A DNA stretch of 64,000 nucleotides, taken from contig OZ242167.1 of the NCBI GenBank assembly GCA_965205295.1, positions 4,618,048 to 4,682,047 of the forward strand. The letters run 5' to 3'. This DNA is from Candidatus Multivorans sp. (GTDB taxonomy: Bacteria > Acidobacteriota > Thermoanaerobaculia > Multivoradales > Multivoraceae). Of this stretch, positions 53,173 through 63,371 are shown piece by piece. Under the pieces are notes generated by a model that was not told where the DNA came from, did not search any database, and saw nothing but the letters and a program-made list of their open reading frames with translations. Both the position numbers and the translations under genes were made by a program. Position 1 is the first letter of the stretch. Every line of letters starts with the position of its first letter.

Positions 53173-53307
53173 ACGGTAGCTTTGCTGCAAGCCGCCTGGC
53201 CAGCGCGTCCTCGCGGCGGAGCCCCGCGACCTGGCCGCGGCCTTCGCCTGCGCGCTTGACCAGGCGCTCGCCACCGGCCTGCCGGGTTACTGCTCGGTCA
53301 ATTCTCG

Positions 53308-53338
53308 CCCCGGTTTATCTGAAAGCGATAAACCGGGG
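53308..53338. repeat. Perfect 12-bp inverted repeat with 7-nt loop (CCCCGGTTTATC-tgaaagc-GATAAACCGGGG)
   Basis: Read directly. It lies in a lower-GC 526-bp intergenic region, 136 nt after the stop at 53172. No U-tract follows on either strand. Confidence 0.5.
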
Positions 53339-53483
53339 TAACTTCCCTATAGGTCGACGATCTGGCCTGTTGCCTGGTCGGATCGAAGCCATCCTGTAGC
53401 GCGCCGTTGGCGGAGGGCGTATGATCCGCCGAGACCTGAGATCCTGGCGCGGGCTGCGCCAACCACGCTGTAGAAGGTGGCAC

Positions 53484-53603
53484 ATGGGTGACTTCGAGTT
53501 CTTCATCCTGATGGCTGTGGTGTTCATTGCCCTGGAGATCGTCGCTTCGTTCGGTCTGATCGACGACCATGGGCAATCGAGCCAAGCGCCAGGCGATTCC
53601 TGA
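53484..53603 (+). CDS. Possible small (39 aa) single-TM membrane peptide
   Basis: MGDFEFFILMAVVFIALEIVASFGLIDDHGQSSQAPGDS, with AAGGTGG 5 nt upstream of the ATG. I recognise no homology, and the region has atypical composition. Confidence 0.25.
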   Translation: MGDFEFFILMAVVFIALEIVASFGLIDDHGQSSQAPGDS

Positions 53604-53698
53604 CCAGCCGGCTTTGGCCGACGACGCGTTCACCGAGCGGAAGCCGGCCTTGGGCCGGCGTACCCGTTTGGCGCCCAGCGCCGCACGCTGAGCCGCTT

Positions 53699-54145
53699 CT
53701 ACTGCTCGACCGGATCCGCGCCGTCCCGCGGCGCGCCGGTGCCGGATGAGCCCATGAACAGGCTGCGGCCGTCGGGGAGGGTCATGTCGCGGCCGCTGCC
53801 GCGGCAGTTCGGCGTGCACATCCTGTCCTTGCTCTGGTAGCCGCGGACGACGACCTCGGTTCCGGGCCGCAGCAGGGTGCGGCTGAGGCCTCGCCGCACC
53901 AGGGTGTTCGGAGTGCCCGCCTCGAGTTCCCAGGTCTCGGTTTCGCCGTCGTCCAGGGTGATCTGCACGTGGACCCAGGCGTGCGGGTTGATCCACTCGA
54001 CCTTGGTAATCGTGCCCTCGATCTTGATCGGCAGGTTGGCGTCGAACTCGGCCGAGAAGGCATGGTGAGCGGGGGACGGGCCGGCCGCGCTCAGGGTCAG
54101 CGCGAGAGCGGCCACGGGCAGGACTCGGTGGACTCGTCCGGACAT
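53699..54145 (-). CDS. DUF6152 family exported protein
   Basis: 148 aa. Signal, then AHHAFSAEFDANLPIKIEGTITKVEWINPHAWVHVQI..ETWELEAGTPNTLVRRGL..GTEVVVRGYQSKD. Divergent from a TonB-dependent receptor. Confidence 0.7.
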   Translation of the reverse strand: MSGRVHRVLPVAALALTLSAAGPSPAHHAFSAEFDANLPIKIEGTITKVEWINPHAWVHVQITLDDGETETWELEAGTPNTLVRRGLSRTLLRPGTEVVVRGYQSKDRMCTPNCRGSGRDMTLPDGRSLFMGSSGTGAPRDGADPVEQ

Positions 54146-54413
54146 CTGAACCTCCTGTTGGGGAGTGATCTTAGTTCACGCCGCCGCCGCGAGTAGGATC
54201 GAAGCCTCGGCGGCGCCGGGGCGTCCGGTCCCAGCTCGGCGGAGCCGGGACCAACGCCCATTTGGGGGGGGCCATTCCGGGGGCAATCCAGAGGCAATCG
54301 GTGTATGGTTGTCGCACAGGCCCTCGTGTCTAACTCGCGATCCGGTTGGTAGGTCGACGCCTGCTTGGCGACGAGCCGCTCAGGCATTGTCAAAGCCGGA
54401 GTAAGGAGGCGAA

Positions 54414-57400
54414 ATGCACAACAAGTCCATGTCGATCTTGCTGATGCTCCTCGTGGTGGCCCTTGGGGGAACTGCCCTCGCTGCCGAAGATGGGACCGAA
54501 TCCGTCCCGCCCGAGGCCTCCGCGGCCTCGCCCGCGACGCCTCCGCCCCAGGAAGACGAGGATCACGACGACGAGGACCACGAGGGTGAGGAGGCCGGCG
54601 TCCTCGACTTCCACGCCCACGACGTAGTGGTCGTCACCGGTTCGGCGATCGAGGAACCGGCCGTCGACCTTCCCTACGCGGTCCAGGTGCTGAACCGGGA
54701 ACTCCAGAAGGAGCAGGGGTCGCTGCAGGCGGTCGATCTGATCAAGAACCTGACCGCCTCGTCCGGCGTCATCGGCGAGGCGAACAGTTGGTACAACGAC
54801 CAGGGGACGGCGGTGCCCGAGAGCGTCGCCAACGTGAACCTCCGGGGCCTCGGGGCATCGCGGACCCTGGTGCTGCTCAACGGCCGCCGCCAGACGCCGC
54901 TGCCGGCGCGGTTGTTCGGCGGCCGTTTCGTCGACATCAACGCCTTTCCCTCGATCGCGGTCGACCGCATCGAGGTCTTGAAGGAGGGCGCCGCCGCGAT
55001 CTACGGTTCGGACGCCGTGGCCGGCGTTGCCAACTTCGTCACCCGCGACGAATTCACCGGGTTCGAGGTCGAGCTCTCGCACGAGAGTCTGGACGGCGCC
55101 GGCGATTCCACGGCCGGCGCGATCTGGGGCGGCAAGCTCGGTGGCTCGGATCATCACCTCGTCTTTTCGCTCGAGCGCGCGGAGCGCTCGCATCTCGGCG
55201 CCAGGGAGCGGCCGTTCACGCTCAAGGCGCGCGACACCGGCTGGTTCTGGGGCTGGTCCAACACCGGCAATCCGGGCATCTTCCTGCGCCCGAACCTCAC
55301 CGGCGGCGAAACCTCTTCGGCGTTCGTCGAGGAGCTGGCCCGTTCGCGCAACGGCACGGCCGGCACGGACTACTTCGTCGATCCCGCGTGCAACGGTCTC
55401 GGCGGCTATGACCGCGGCTTCACCTGCGCCTTCCGCTATCAGCCGTGGGACAGCCTGGTCGAGGCGACGGAGACGAACCGGTTCTTCGCCGAGCTGAACG
55501 GTCCGCTGGCCGAGGGCACGAGCTACCACGTGGAGGCTCTGTACGCGGAGTCGATCATCCCGAACTACGTGACCACGCCTTCCTTCCCGCCGGTGTCGCT
55601 GCTGGACGGCCTGCAGGTCGTCCCCAGCATCCATCCCGGGCGGCAGGCGCTCTGCGGTTCGGGCTTCGCTTCCGCCGGCTTCGACTCGGAGCAGGCGTGC
55701 CTCGAGGACGACTGGTACTTCTATGGCCGCATGGTCGGGAACGCGGGCCCTGGACGCGGTCTGCGGCGGGGCACGGAAACGACCCGCCTCGCGGCGAATA
55801 TCGAGCACGACCTGTCCATCGGCGGCAAGGCGGCCAACCTGGACGTGGGCGTGAGCTACTCGCGGGCCACCGGCAACATGAACCAGCCGGCCGAGTACGC
55901 CTATCGCAAGTTCCTCGCCTTCCGCGGCTACGGCGGCCCGAACTGCGGCGTCGGCGTGGTGGCCGACGCCACGAGCCCCTCTGGCATGCGGCTCGGAGAC
56001 ACCGGTTCGGCCCAGTCCGGCGTCGGTGACTGCATGTTCTACAACCCGTTCGGCAACGGCATCGAGTTTTCGGCCCAGCCCGGCGCGGCGTGGGAGAACA
56101 ACCCGAATCCGATGTACGTCTCGGGCCTGGAGAACAGTCGGGCGATGCTCGACTGGATAAACGAGCAGGTGGACGTCGACAACGAGGCGGAACTCCTCGT
56201 CGCCGAGGCGACGCTGTCCGGCAACTGGCTGCCTGAGAAGGTCGACTACGCGCTCGGCTACCAGTACCGGCGTCTGGACGTGAGCGCGATCCCGAATGCG
56301 GTCGGCAACTACGAACTGAACCCCTGCGTGGTGCCGGGCGACCGGTCCTGCGTCGATCCGGCAACCGGCAGGCAGAGAGGGGCGCGCGCGGGCGCCTTCA
56401 CCTTCTCCTCGGGCTACTACCCGTACGGCGACTCCCAGGCGGTTCACCGGATGTTCGGCGAGCTGTCGGTCAACGCGCTTGGCGGCGACATGCAGTTCGC
56501 GGCGAACTACGAGCTCCACGACGAGATCGACAGCTTCGATCCGAAGTTCTCGGGCCGCTGGCAGCTCTCGGCGGGCGAAGGTCACGTGCTGTCGTTCCGC
56601 ACCTCGGTCCAGACCACGTTCCGGGCGCCCTCGGTCGACGATCTGAACGAGGAGATTCGGACCACCCTGGAGTACCTGAACACGGTCGGCGTCTACAAGG
56701 CGGTCGACGCCTTCGGCAGCGGGGCGCTGAAGCCGGAGCAGGCGTTCACCTACAACCTGGGTCTGGTGCTCTTCGCCTCGCCTGGAATCGATGTCACGCT
56801 GGACTACTGGAGCTACGACTTCGAGAACGTGATCGCCCTGCTGCCGCAGCAGGAGGTGCTGCGGCTCTACGCCGACGGCTACGGGGGCAACCAGGCGGCG
56901 CTCAACGCGGTGATGGGCCGTGTCGTCTGCCCGGGAGGTTTGGCGGACGGTTCCTGCGATCCCGCGGACATCGAGCGCGTGCGGATCGACCTGATCAACT
57001 GGCCGGGAATCAAGACCTCGGGCTTCGACTTTCATCTGCACGGCCACCTGGACGCGGGCAGGGGCGAGCTCTCCTTTGGCCTGGACAGCACGTACACGCA
57101 GAGCTACGAGCTGAAGGAACTCCAACGCGACGGCGTCGTCTACCGCGAGCGCAAGGACGTCGTCGGCCTGCTGAACCGCGACACGCCGATCGCGCCGCCG
57201 CTGCCGGAGATGAAGACGCGGGCGTCGCTCGGCTATCGGTGGGGCGACTACAGTCTGATCGGTTGGGCCAACCACATCTCGTCGTACGAGGACAGCAACG
57301 TGGCCTGGACGCCGCCCGAGTTGCTGCCGATCGACGAGTGGCTCACGTTCGATTTGACGTTCTTGTGGCGTTTCCCGCGGCTCGGTTTCGATCTCGCCCT

Positions 57401-57533
57401 GTCGGCGATCAACCTGACCGACGAGGAGCCGCCGCTGGTCTTCTTCGAGCAGGCGTTCGACGCCCTGACCGCCAATCCGAAGGGTCGCCGCTTGAAGGCC
57501 GTCATGAGCTATCGCTTCGGCGGCGGCTCGTAG
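54414..57533 (+). CDS. TonB-dependent receptor (large, 1039 aa) with an acidic His/Asp/Glu-rich N-terminal extension
   Basis: AAGGAGG Shine-Dalgarno sequence. Signal MHNKSMSILLMLLVVALGGTALA. ..QEDEDHDDEDHEGEE... Plug: VVTGSAIEE..VANVNLRGLGASRTLVLLNGRR..IEVLKEGAAAIYGSDAVAGVANFVT. C-terminal ..KAVMSYRFGGGS. Confidence 0.85.
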   Translation: MHNKSMSILLMLLVVALGGTALAAEDGTESVPPEASAASPATPPPQEDEDHDDEDHEGEEAGVLDFHAHDVVVVTGSAIEEPAVDLPYAVQVLNRELQKEQGSLQAVDLIKNLTASSGVIGEANSWYNDQGTAVPESVANVNLRGLGASRTLVLLNGRRQTPLPARLFGGRFVDINAFPSIAVDRIEVLKEGAAAIYGSDAVAGVANFVTRDEFTGFEVELSHESLDGAGDSTAGAIWGGKLGGSDHHLVFSLERAERSHLGARERPFTLKARDTGWFWGWSNTGNPGIFLRPNLTGGETSSAFVEELARSRNGTAGTDYFVDPACNGLGGYDRGFTCAFRYQPWDSLVEATETNRFFAELNGPLAEGTSYHVEALYAESIIPNYVTTPSFPPVSLLDGLQVVPSIHPGRQALCGSGFASAGFDSEQACLEDDWYFYGRMVGNAGPGRGLRRGTETTRLAANIEHDLSIGGKAANLDVGVSYSRATGNMNQPAEYAYRKFLAFRGYGGPNCGVGVVADATSPSGMRLGDTGSAQSGVGDCMFYNPFGNGIEFSAQPGAAWENNPNPMYVSGLENSRAMLDWINEQVDVDNEAELLVAEATLSGNWLPEKVDYALGYQYRRLDVSAIPNAVGNYELNPCVVPGDRSCVDPATGRQRGARAGAFTFSSGYYPYGDSQAVHRMFGELSVNALGGDMQFAANYELHDEIDSFDPKFSGRWQLSAGEGHVLSFRTSVQTTFRAPSVDDLNEEIRTTLEYLNTVGVYKAVDAFGSGALKPEQAFTYNLGLVLFASPGIDVTLDYWSYDFENVIALLPQQEVLRLYADGYGGNQAALNAVMGRVVCPGGLADGSCDPADIERVRIDLINWPGIKTSGFDFHLHGHLDAGRGELSFGLDSTYTQSYELKELQRDGVVYRERKDVVGLLNRDTPIAPPLPEMKTRASLGYRWGDYSLIGWANHISSYEDSNVAWTPPELLPIDEWLTFDLTFLWRFPRLGFDLALSAINLTDEEPPLVFFEQAFDALTANPKGRRLKAVMSYRFGGGS

Positions 57534-57862
57534 CGGCCGTCCTTCGCCTCACGTCGCCCTCTCGGGCCGGATCCGGCGGTCCGCCGCCGGCCGGGAAGCC
57601 GGGTCGCCCATTGTAGGATCGGCGTTGAACGCATGAACGGAGGGTTCGACCGATGATCCGCAAGTCACTGTCCGCTGCCGGGGTTCTGGCCCTGCCGGCC
57701 GCCCCGGTCGTCCTCGCCGAGGCTGCCAGGAAGAGCGATCCAAGCCGCGGCGCTCCGCCCGCCGGCGGCGCTTCGCCCTTCGGGACGCCGGACAGCGAGC
57801 GGGAGAACCTGGCAGCCACGAAGTAAGTCCGTTCGCGGCCGGCCCCGCTGCGTTCGCCGCCG

Positions 57863-58477
57863 ATGCGAGCCGCATTCCGATCCAGTAGAGGCAGTTCGTT
57901 CGCCCTCGTGGCGGGCGGGCTGGTCTGTTTCCTGCCGGCATTCCCCTTGGCGGGTCAGGAGGTCGGTCGCGAGGCGGTCGAGGAACCGGCCGAAGCCTCC
58001 ATCGCCGATCAGGTGCGAGCAGACGTGGACGACAAGTCGCTGCGTTGGGTCGGCGTCGGTCGTGTCAGGTACTCGACGCCAATGCAGTTTTCGGTGGGCG
58101 CCGGAGCGGTCGTGACGCGGGTGCCGTCCAGCCATGACTGCGTCGCTTTCTGCGAGTACCGGGGCCTGGTTCTGCATCTCGAACCGGGTTCGGCGGGCGG
58201 CCAGATCGGTGTCGGATATGGCCGCCTCGTCGCTGGTCGCATGCCGGGTTCGCCCCTCGTGACCAGCCTCTACGTCGGCTGGAGCGGCCGCGCCGTGTTG
58301 CTCCGCACCTGGGGCGACTCGGACCTCGATCCCGCGCGTCAGACGTTGGCCGGTTTCGAGGCGCAGTTCTCGCTGCCTCGGGTCAGCTTCACCCTCGGCG
58401 CGCTGCGGCGGATCAGCTCAGCCGATCAGGACGCGGACAGCTACGTGTACACCGCCGGCATCGGCTGGGGCTTCTGA
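57863..58477 (+). CDS. Hypothetical exported protein, possible small outer-membrane beta-barrel
   Basis: 204 aa. Signal-like FALVAGGLVCFLPAFPLAGQ. Alternating beta-like segments. C-terminal ..YVYTAGIGWGF with a terminal aromatic residue. Confidence 0.5.
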   Translation: MRAAFRSSRGSSFALVAGGLVCFLPAFPLAGQEVGREAVEEPAEASIADQVRADVDDKSLRWVGVGRVRYSTPMQFSVGAGAVVTRVPSSHDCVAFCEYRGLVLHLEPGSAGGQIGVGYGRLVAGRMPGSPLVTSLYVGWSGRAVLLRTWGDSDLDPARQTLAGFEAQFSLPRVSFTLGALRRISSADQDADSYVYTAGIGWGF

Positions 58478-59481
58478 TGCCGGGCGCCGCCGCCTGGGCC
58501 GGCGCCCGTTCTCCTCGGGTTGCGGCGGTCGCGGTGGCGCTGGTCGGACTCGGCGGCGCCGGCGCCGCGCCTGCTCTGGAGACCGACCAATTCTACGCTT
58601 GGGGCCGCCACCTCAAGGACGCGACCGAGGTGCTGAACGCTCGGATCAACCTGGAACTCGAGCGGCTGGTCGCCGAACTGAACCGGGACGGTGAACCCGT
58701 CGCCTGCCAGAACGTGCGGTCGCGGTTCTTCAGCCGGCATCGCATGCTGTTCTTCGATGGCTTCGAGACCTGGTCGATGAACTCGCCTCTGGTCAGCAGG
58801 TCGCCGTCGGGGCCGGACGAGATGCGAGAGTTCAAGCAGAAGTACATCTACCGCACGATGACGTTCCTCGACACCGGTTCCTGGATGCCGCCGAGTCCGA
58901 CGGTTGAGGTGGACGGTGTACGGCTCGGCACGGACAAGCTGACCCACTTGCTCGGTACGGCGTGGTACTACCACCGGTGGTACCGAAGGGCCCGCGCCCG
59001 CGGCGCGAGCCCTGCCGAGGCGGAACTCGTGGCCTTGCGGCGCGGTGTGCGCGCGGAGAACACGGTTCTCGGCAAGCTCGTCTCCGGCGTGTTTTCGTTG
59101 GGCGACCTGGAGGCGAACCACCAGGGGATGTGGTTCTACGAGCACCTGTGCGCCGGCGACGATCCGACGATCGTCCACGAAGAGGGCGAATGGCGACTTC
59201 GCCGGCCGTTCGACCTGCGCGCGTACGTCACTCCGGAGTGGGACGAGTCCTACCAGCCGAACATCTATTCGCGGCGGAAGTGGGCCAAGGTGAAGCTGCT
59301 GTTGATGGGATACTGTTCGATGCTTGAGCATCCCCAGGTGCAGGCGCGGCGCGAGGCCTACGCGGAGAGAGACCGGGTTACGGTGACGGAAGAGTTGATC
59401 AAGGAGATGGTCGCGGCGGGCAAACTGCCCGACCCTTCCGGATACACGATCGAGACGGTGTGTAGTGCTTCGGCGAACTGA
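58477..59481 (+). CDS. Hypothetical exported protein
   Basis: 334 aa. Its start overlaps the upstream stop (TGATG). Signal ..VALVGLGGAGAAPA. I recognise no family. Confidence 0.55.
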   Translation: MPGAAAWAGARSPRVAAVAVALVGLGGAGAAPALETDQFYAWGRHLKDATEVLNARINLELERLVAELNRDGEPVACQNVRSRFFSRHRMLFFDGFETWSMNSPLVSRSPSGPDEMREFKQKYIYRTMTFLDTGSWMPPSPTVEVDGVRLGTDKLTHLLGTAWYYHRWYRRARARGASPAEAELVALRRGVRAENTVLGKLVSGVFSLGDLEANHQGMWFYEHLCAGDDPTIVHEEGEWRLRRPFDLRAYVTPEWDESYQPNIYSRRKWAKVKLLLMGYCSMLEHPQVQARREAYAERDRVTVTEELIKEMVAAGKLPDPSGYTIETVCSASAN

Positions 59482-60598
59482 GGAGCGGGCGGGCCGCCCG
59501 CACCCGTTCCGGCGCCGAGTGTTCCAGGCGGCGGTCGCCTGCACGCTGCCGGCAATAGCGCTCCTGATCGCCGCCTGCGGCGCGCCCCCGCTACAGCCTC
59601 CGGCTTCCGACGCGGCGTCGGCGGCGCCGGCGCTGCAGCGCATCGGCGTCGGTTCCTGCCTCAAGCAGGACCAGCCGCAACCGATCTTCGACGCCGTCCT
59701 CGACGACGAGTTCGACCTGTTCCTGTTCCTGGGCGACAACGTGTACGGCGACGTGGAGTCGGAGGACCTGCGCGAGCTGCGGGAGGCCTACGCGATGCAG
59801 GCCACGGGTGAAGGCTTCCGCCGTCTGCGCGAGACGGTGCCGATCCAGGCGGTGTGGGACGACCACGACTACGGCCTGAACGACGGCGGCGCCGACTTTT
59901 TCGGCCGCGAAGAGGCGCAGCGGATCTTCGAGGACTTCTGGGATGTGCCGGCGGACTCGGAGCGCGCTGCCCGACCGGGCGTCTACGACGCGGTGACCTA
60001 CGGCCCGCCGGGCCAGCGGGTCCAGCTCATTCTGCTCGACACGCGCTACTTCCGGTCGCCGCTCAAGCCCACCGACGAACCCGGTGCGCCGGGCCGTGAG
60101 CGCTACGTGCCGGATGCGGACCCCGCGAAGACGGTGCTCGGCGAGGAGCAGTGGAGCTGGCTTCGCCAGGTGCTGCAGCAGGAGGCGGATCTCCGCATCC
60201 TCGCGTCGTCGATCCAGGTCATCGCGGACGGCCACGGCTACGAGGGCTGGCGGAATCTCCCGGCCGATCGCGACCGCCTGTACGGCCTGGTGCGCGAGAC
60301 CGGCGCCAACGGCCTGGTGATCGTGTCGGGCGACCGCCACCGCGGCGGCATCTACCGGCGTGACGAGGTGATCGGCTATCCGCTGGTCGAGCTCACCGCG
60401 AGCGCGCTGAACGCGCCTTCAAGCAGTGCGGAAGAGGCAGGGCCCTACCGGCTCGGCCCGACCTACACGCCGGAGAACTACGGCTCGCTCTCGATCGACT
60501 GGGCCTCCCGCGCCGTGACGCTGGAGGTTCGCGGCATCGACGGCGAGACGGTGCTCAGCGAGACGCTCAACCTGGATGACCTGCGCGTTGACGGTTAG
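59465..60598 (+). CDS. phoD: PhoD-like alkaline phosphatase / metallophosphoesterase lipoprotein
   Basis: 377 aa from GTG. Lipobox LLIAACG. ..FLFLGDNVYGD..AVWDDHDYGLNDGG..QLILLDTRYFRS..LGEEQWSWL..VIVSGDRHRGGIY... Confidence 0.75.
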   Translation: MLRRTEERAGRPHPFRRRVFQAAVACTLPAIALLIAACGAPPLQPPASDAASAAPALQRIGVGSCLKQDQPQPIFDAVLDDEFDLFLFLGDNVYGDVESEDLRELREAYAMQATGEGFRRLRETVPIQAVWDDHDYGLNDGGADFFGREEAQRIFEDFWDVPADSERAARPGVYDAVTYGPPGQRVQLILLDTRYFRSPLKPTDEPGAPGRERYVPDADPAKTVLGEEQWSWLRQVLQQEADLRILASSIQVIADGHGYEGWRNLPADRDRLYGLVRETGANGLVIVSGDRHRGGIYRRDEVIGYPLVELTASALNAPSSSAEEAGPYRLGPTYTPENYGSLSIDWASRAVTLEVRGIDGETVLSETLNLDDLRVDG

Positions 60599-60614
60599 AG
60601 AAGGAGACGCAACC

Positions 60615-62159
60615 ATGACGACGATCGAACCCGAGCCCCAGGAAATCGCCGGCGTCTCGCGGCGCCAAATCATCAACGCCCTGTCCCTGGCCGGGGCCGC
60701 GGGCTTGCTCGCCGGCTGCAACGGCGACGCGACGGCGCCGTCCGATGCGGCCGCCGCCGCTGCCACGGGCCCGATGCCCGACGATCCATGGCGCGCCAGC
60801 GCCGGCGAGCTGGCGGCGGCGATTCGCCGCGGCGAGGTCTCGAGCCTTGAGGTCATCGAGTCCCACCTCGCGCGGGTCGACGCGGTGAACGGCCACCTGA
60901 ACGCGGTCGTCCGGGTGCTCGCCGACGAAGCACGCGCGGCCGCGCAGGCCGCCGACGACGCGGTGGCCGCCGGCGCCGAGCTGGGGCCCCTTCACGGCGT
61001 GCCGATCTCGGTCAAGGACAACATCGCCGTCGCCGGCACGCCGACCACGAACGGCGTGCCCGCCTTCGCGGAGGAGAACGCCGGGGCGGACGCGCTGATC
61101 GTCACCCGTCTCAAGGCGGCCGGGGCGATTGTGTTGACCCGCACCAACCTGCCCGACCTGGGTCTGCGCGTCCACACCGACAGCTATCTCTACGGGCTGA
61201 CCCGGAACCCGTGGGCCGCCGACCGCAACGTCGGCGGTTCGAGCGGCGGTGAGGGCTCGGCGCTGGCGAGCGGCATGAGCTGCCTGGGCCTGGGCAACGA
61301 CATCGGCGGTTCACTCCGCATCCCGGCCCAGTGCAACGGCATCGCGTCGCTCAAGCCGACGCTGGGCCGGATCGCCAGTCCGACCGGCGGTGACTTGTCC
61401 GGGCAGTTGATGGCCGTCGACGGCCCGATGGCGCGTCGCGTCGCCGACTTGCGCACCGCCTACGAGCTGCTGGGTCGGTATCACCGCAGCGATCCGTGGT
61501 CGGTGCCCGTGCCGCTCGACCTCGAGCGGCCGGGCGAGCCGATCAAGGTTGCTCTGGTACCGGTGCCCAGCGGCGGCACGACGCATCCGGATGTCGCCGC
61601 CAGCGTACGCGCGGCGGGTGAAGCGCTCGCGGCCGCCGGCTACGCGGTCGAGGAAGTGGAGCCGCCGATGGTGGCCGAGGCGCGCCGGGCCTGGGAGGTC
61701 TTCCTGGGCTACGAGCTGAACCTGGCCCGCCCGGCTCTCAAGGAGATCATGTCGCCCGAGGCCTTCGACTTCCTGGTCCGGGCGCTCGACATGTTCGGCG
61801 TCGAATCGGGACCCGAGTACACGGCGATGTTCACGGATCGCCATGCCATCGCCAGCGCCTGGCAGGAGTTCCAGGAGGACTACCCGGTCATGGTCGCCCC
61901 GATCCTGACCCAGCCGCCCTTCGTGAACGGCTACGACCTGCAGGAACCCGGCGACGTGCTGGACCAGATGCGGTTCGAGGTGGTGATGAACCTGCTCGGT
62001 CTGCCGGCCGTTTGCGTCCCCACCGGCGTCGCGGGGGCCTTGCCCCAGGTCGTGGAGGTGGTCGGCGGCCGCTTCCGCGAGGACCTGTGCCTGAAGGCCG
62101 GCCAGGCGATCGAGGACGCGCTCGGCATCATCACGCCGATCGACCCCGTGATGGGGTGA
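60615..62159 (+). CDS. Amidase-signature family amidase with a Tat-type signal
   Basis: ATG 60615 follows AAGGAG. ..GVSRRQIINALSLAGAAGLLAGC... ..GVPISVKDNIAVAG... GGSSGGEGSALASG is the amidase-signature motif. Confidence 0.8.
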   Translation: MTTIEPEPQEIAGVSRRQIINALSLAGAAGLLAGCNGDATAPSDAAAAAATGPMPDDPWRASAGELAAAIRRGEVSSLEVIESHLARVDAVNGHLNAVVRVLADEARAAAQAADDAVAAGAELGPLHGVPISVKDNIAVAGTPTTNGVPAFAEENAGADALIVTRLKAAGAIVLTRTNLPDLGLRVHTDSYLYGLTRNPWAADRNVGGSSGGEGSALASGMSCLGLGNDIGGSLRIPAQCNGIASLKPTLGRIASPTGGDLSGQLMAVDGPMARRVADLRTAYELLGRYHRSDPWSVPVPLDLERPGEPIKVALVPVPSGGTTHPDVAASVRAAGEALAAAGYAVEEVEPPMVAEARRAWEVFLGYELNLARPALKEIMSPEAFDFLVRALDMFGVESGPEYTAMFTDRHAIASAWQEFQEDYPVMVAPILTQPPFVNGYDLQEPGDVLDQMRFEVVMNLLGLPAVCVPTGVAGALPQVVEVVGGRFREDLCLKAGQAIEDALGIITPIDPVMG

Positions 62160-62213
62160 GTAGGAGCACTTGAAGGTTCCGGAACGCTGCACTCGCCGCG
62201 TACGTAGGTTTCA

Positions 62214-63371
62214 ATGACCGGCATGAGGGGTTGGACCGGTTTACAGTGCCGGGAGGGATGCGATTTCCTCCAGTGGCTCGAGAAGGACCAGGCGCTTAGA
62301 GCGGGATTCAGTGGCTTGGCAGGAGCCTTGCACTCGCTTCTTGAGGATTGGGTTCGTACCGAAGAGGACGTACACGAGGTTTGGGCCGCAGTTCCGGCTG
62401 TGATCGGACAGTGCAACAAAGCGGCGACCTACGGAATGCCGGGTGCCGCACGCGCTTATGCTTGGATTCATCTTCTCGATCGCTATGTCCGGACCTGGCT
62501 CGCTTTGCAGCGGCTCGTTGAATACTCCATCCTGCCGATGGGCAGCGAAGGCGTGGGAGTGCTTGACGTCGGCACGGGCCCCGGACCGTCCGCTTTCGCA
62601 GTCCATGACTTCTTCGCCGCAATGGTCAGGTACAGCGAGGGCCCAGGAAGTCAGAGCTGGCGACAGCCGGCTCGAATCAACTGCGTGGAGTCCGCCGCCA
62701 GGATGAACCGCTTCCGGCACCACCTTGCCGAGCGCCTGTATGCCAACGGTGCCCAGAAATCTGTCTTGGACATGTGCAGGCACACTTTGGACTTTAGGTC
62801 GATCGACCCGGCCCGCGAGCGCGCAGAGTTGAACGCGCGGTTACGCGAGGCCTATGACGACTTCTACGACGAAGACAGGGGCGAGTGGGAGTCGGAGCAG
62901 TGCCATACCGCCGACGAGGCGAACGCAATGGCCAACGTTCTCCACCGCTATCGACTCCTTACCTTCAGTAACGTCCTGACGGAGATGTCCACAGTAAAGC
63001 GCTTCTGGCAGAACTTGGTGGACATCCTTTCCGACGCCCATCCGAGCTCGGTGTTGTTGCTCGTCGGAGGCAGAGGCCGCCACTATCCGAAAATATACGG
63101 CGATGTAGCCGGGCTCGCCCAGGATGCGGGCTTCTCCCGCGAAGCCGAATGCCCTCAAGTCTCTTGTTCGGACGCAGGAATGGACCGCCTGGTTCATGCT
63201 GAACAGGTCTGGTTCTATCGACGGCTCAGGAACTTCGTCGGCGACCTATCCGTTGCGGATCCCATTGCGAAAGATCTGAAAATTGAGTTCGAAGGCGAGA
63301 AGCCCGCCACGTTCGGCAAGAGTGACGTCCGTGCGTACAGGAAGCTCACATGGAGAACGGATCCTGGCTGA
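62214..63371 (+). CDS. Class I SAM-dependent methyltransferase-like protein (Rsm22-like), lower GC than its surroundings
   Basis: 385 aa. VLDVGTGPGPSAFAV is motif I. ..YRLLTFSNVLTEMS.. resembles the Rsm22 YVLxEL motif. Codon usage and composition are visibly less GC-rich. Confidence 0.55.
   Translation: MTGMRGWTGLQCREGCDFLQWLEKDQALRAGFSGLAGALHSLLEDWVRTEEDVHEVWAAVPAVIGQCNKAATYGMPGAARAYAWIHLLDRYVRTWLALQRLVEYSILPMGSEGVGVLDVGTGPGPSAFAVHDFFAAMVRYSEGPGSQSWRQPARINCVESAARMNRFRHHLAERLYANGAQKSVLDMCRHTLDFRSIDPARERAELNARLREAYDDFYDEDRGEWESEQCHTADEANAMANVLHRYRLLTFSNVLTEMSTVKRFWQNLVDILSDAHPSSVLLLVGGRGRHYPKIYGDVAGLAQDAGFSREAECPQVSCSDAGMDRLVHAEQVWFYRRLRNFVGDLSVADPIAKDLKIEFEGEKPATFGKSDVRAYRKLTWRTDPG

Noticed and set aside
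54146-54413. Possible riboswitch (cobalamin or TPP) upstream of the large TonB-dependent receptor
   Set aside because: I could not find the conserved B12-box or the TPP CUGAGA core by eye. I treat it as an ordinary divergent promoter region unless a covariance-model scan says otherwise.
50809-57275. Minus-strand ORFs 50809-52326, 52351-53274 and 54390-57275 (961 aa)
   Set aside because: They are shadows of exported paralogs 3 and 4 and of the large TonB-dependent receptor.
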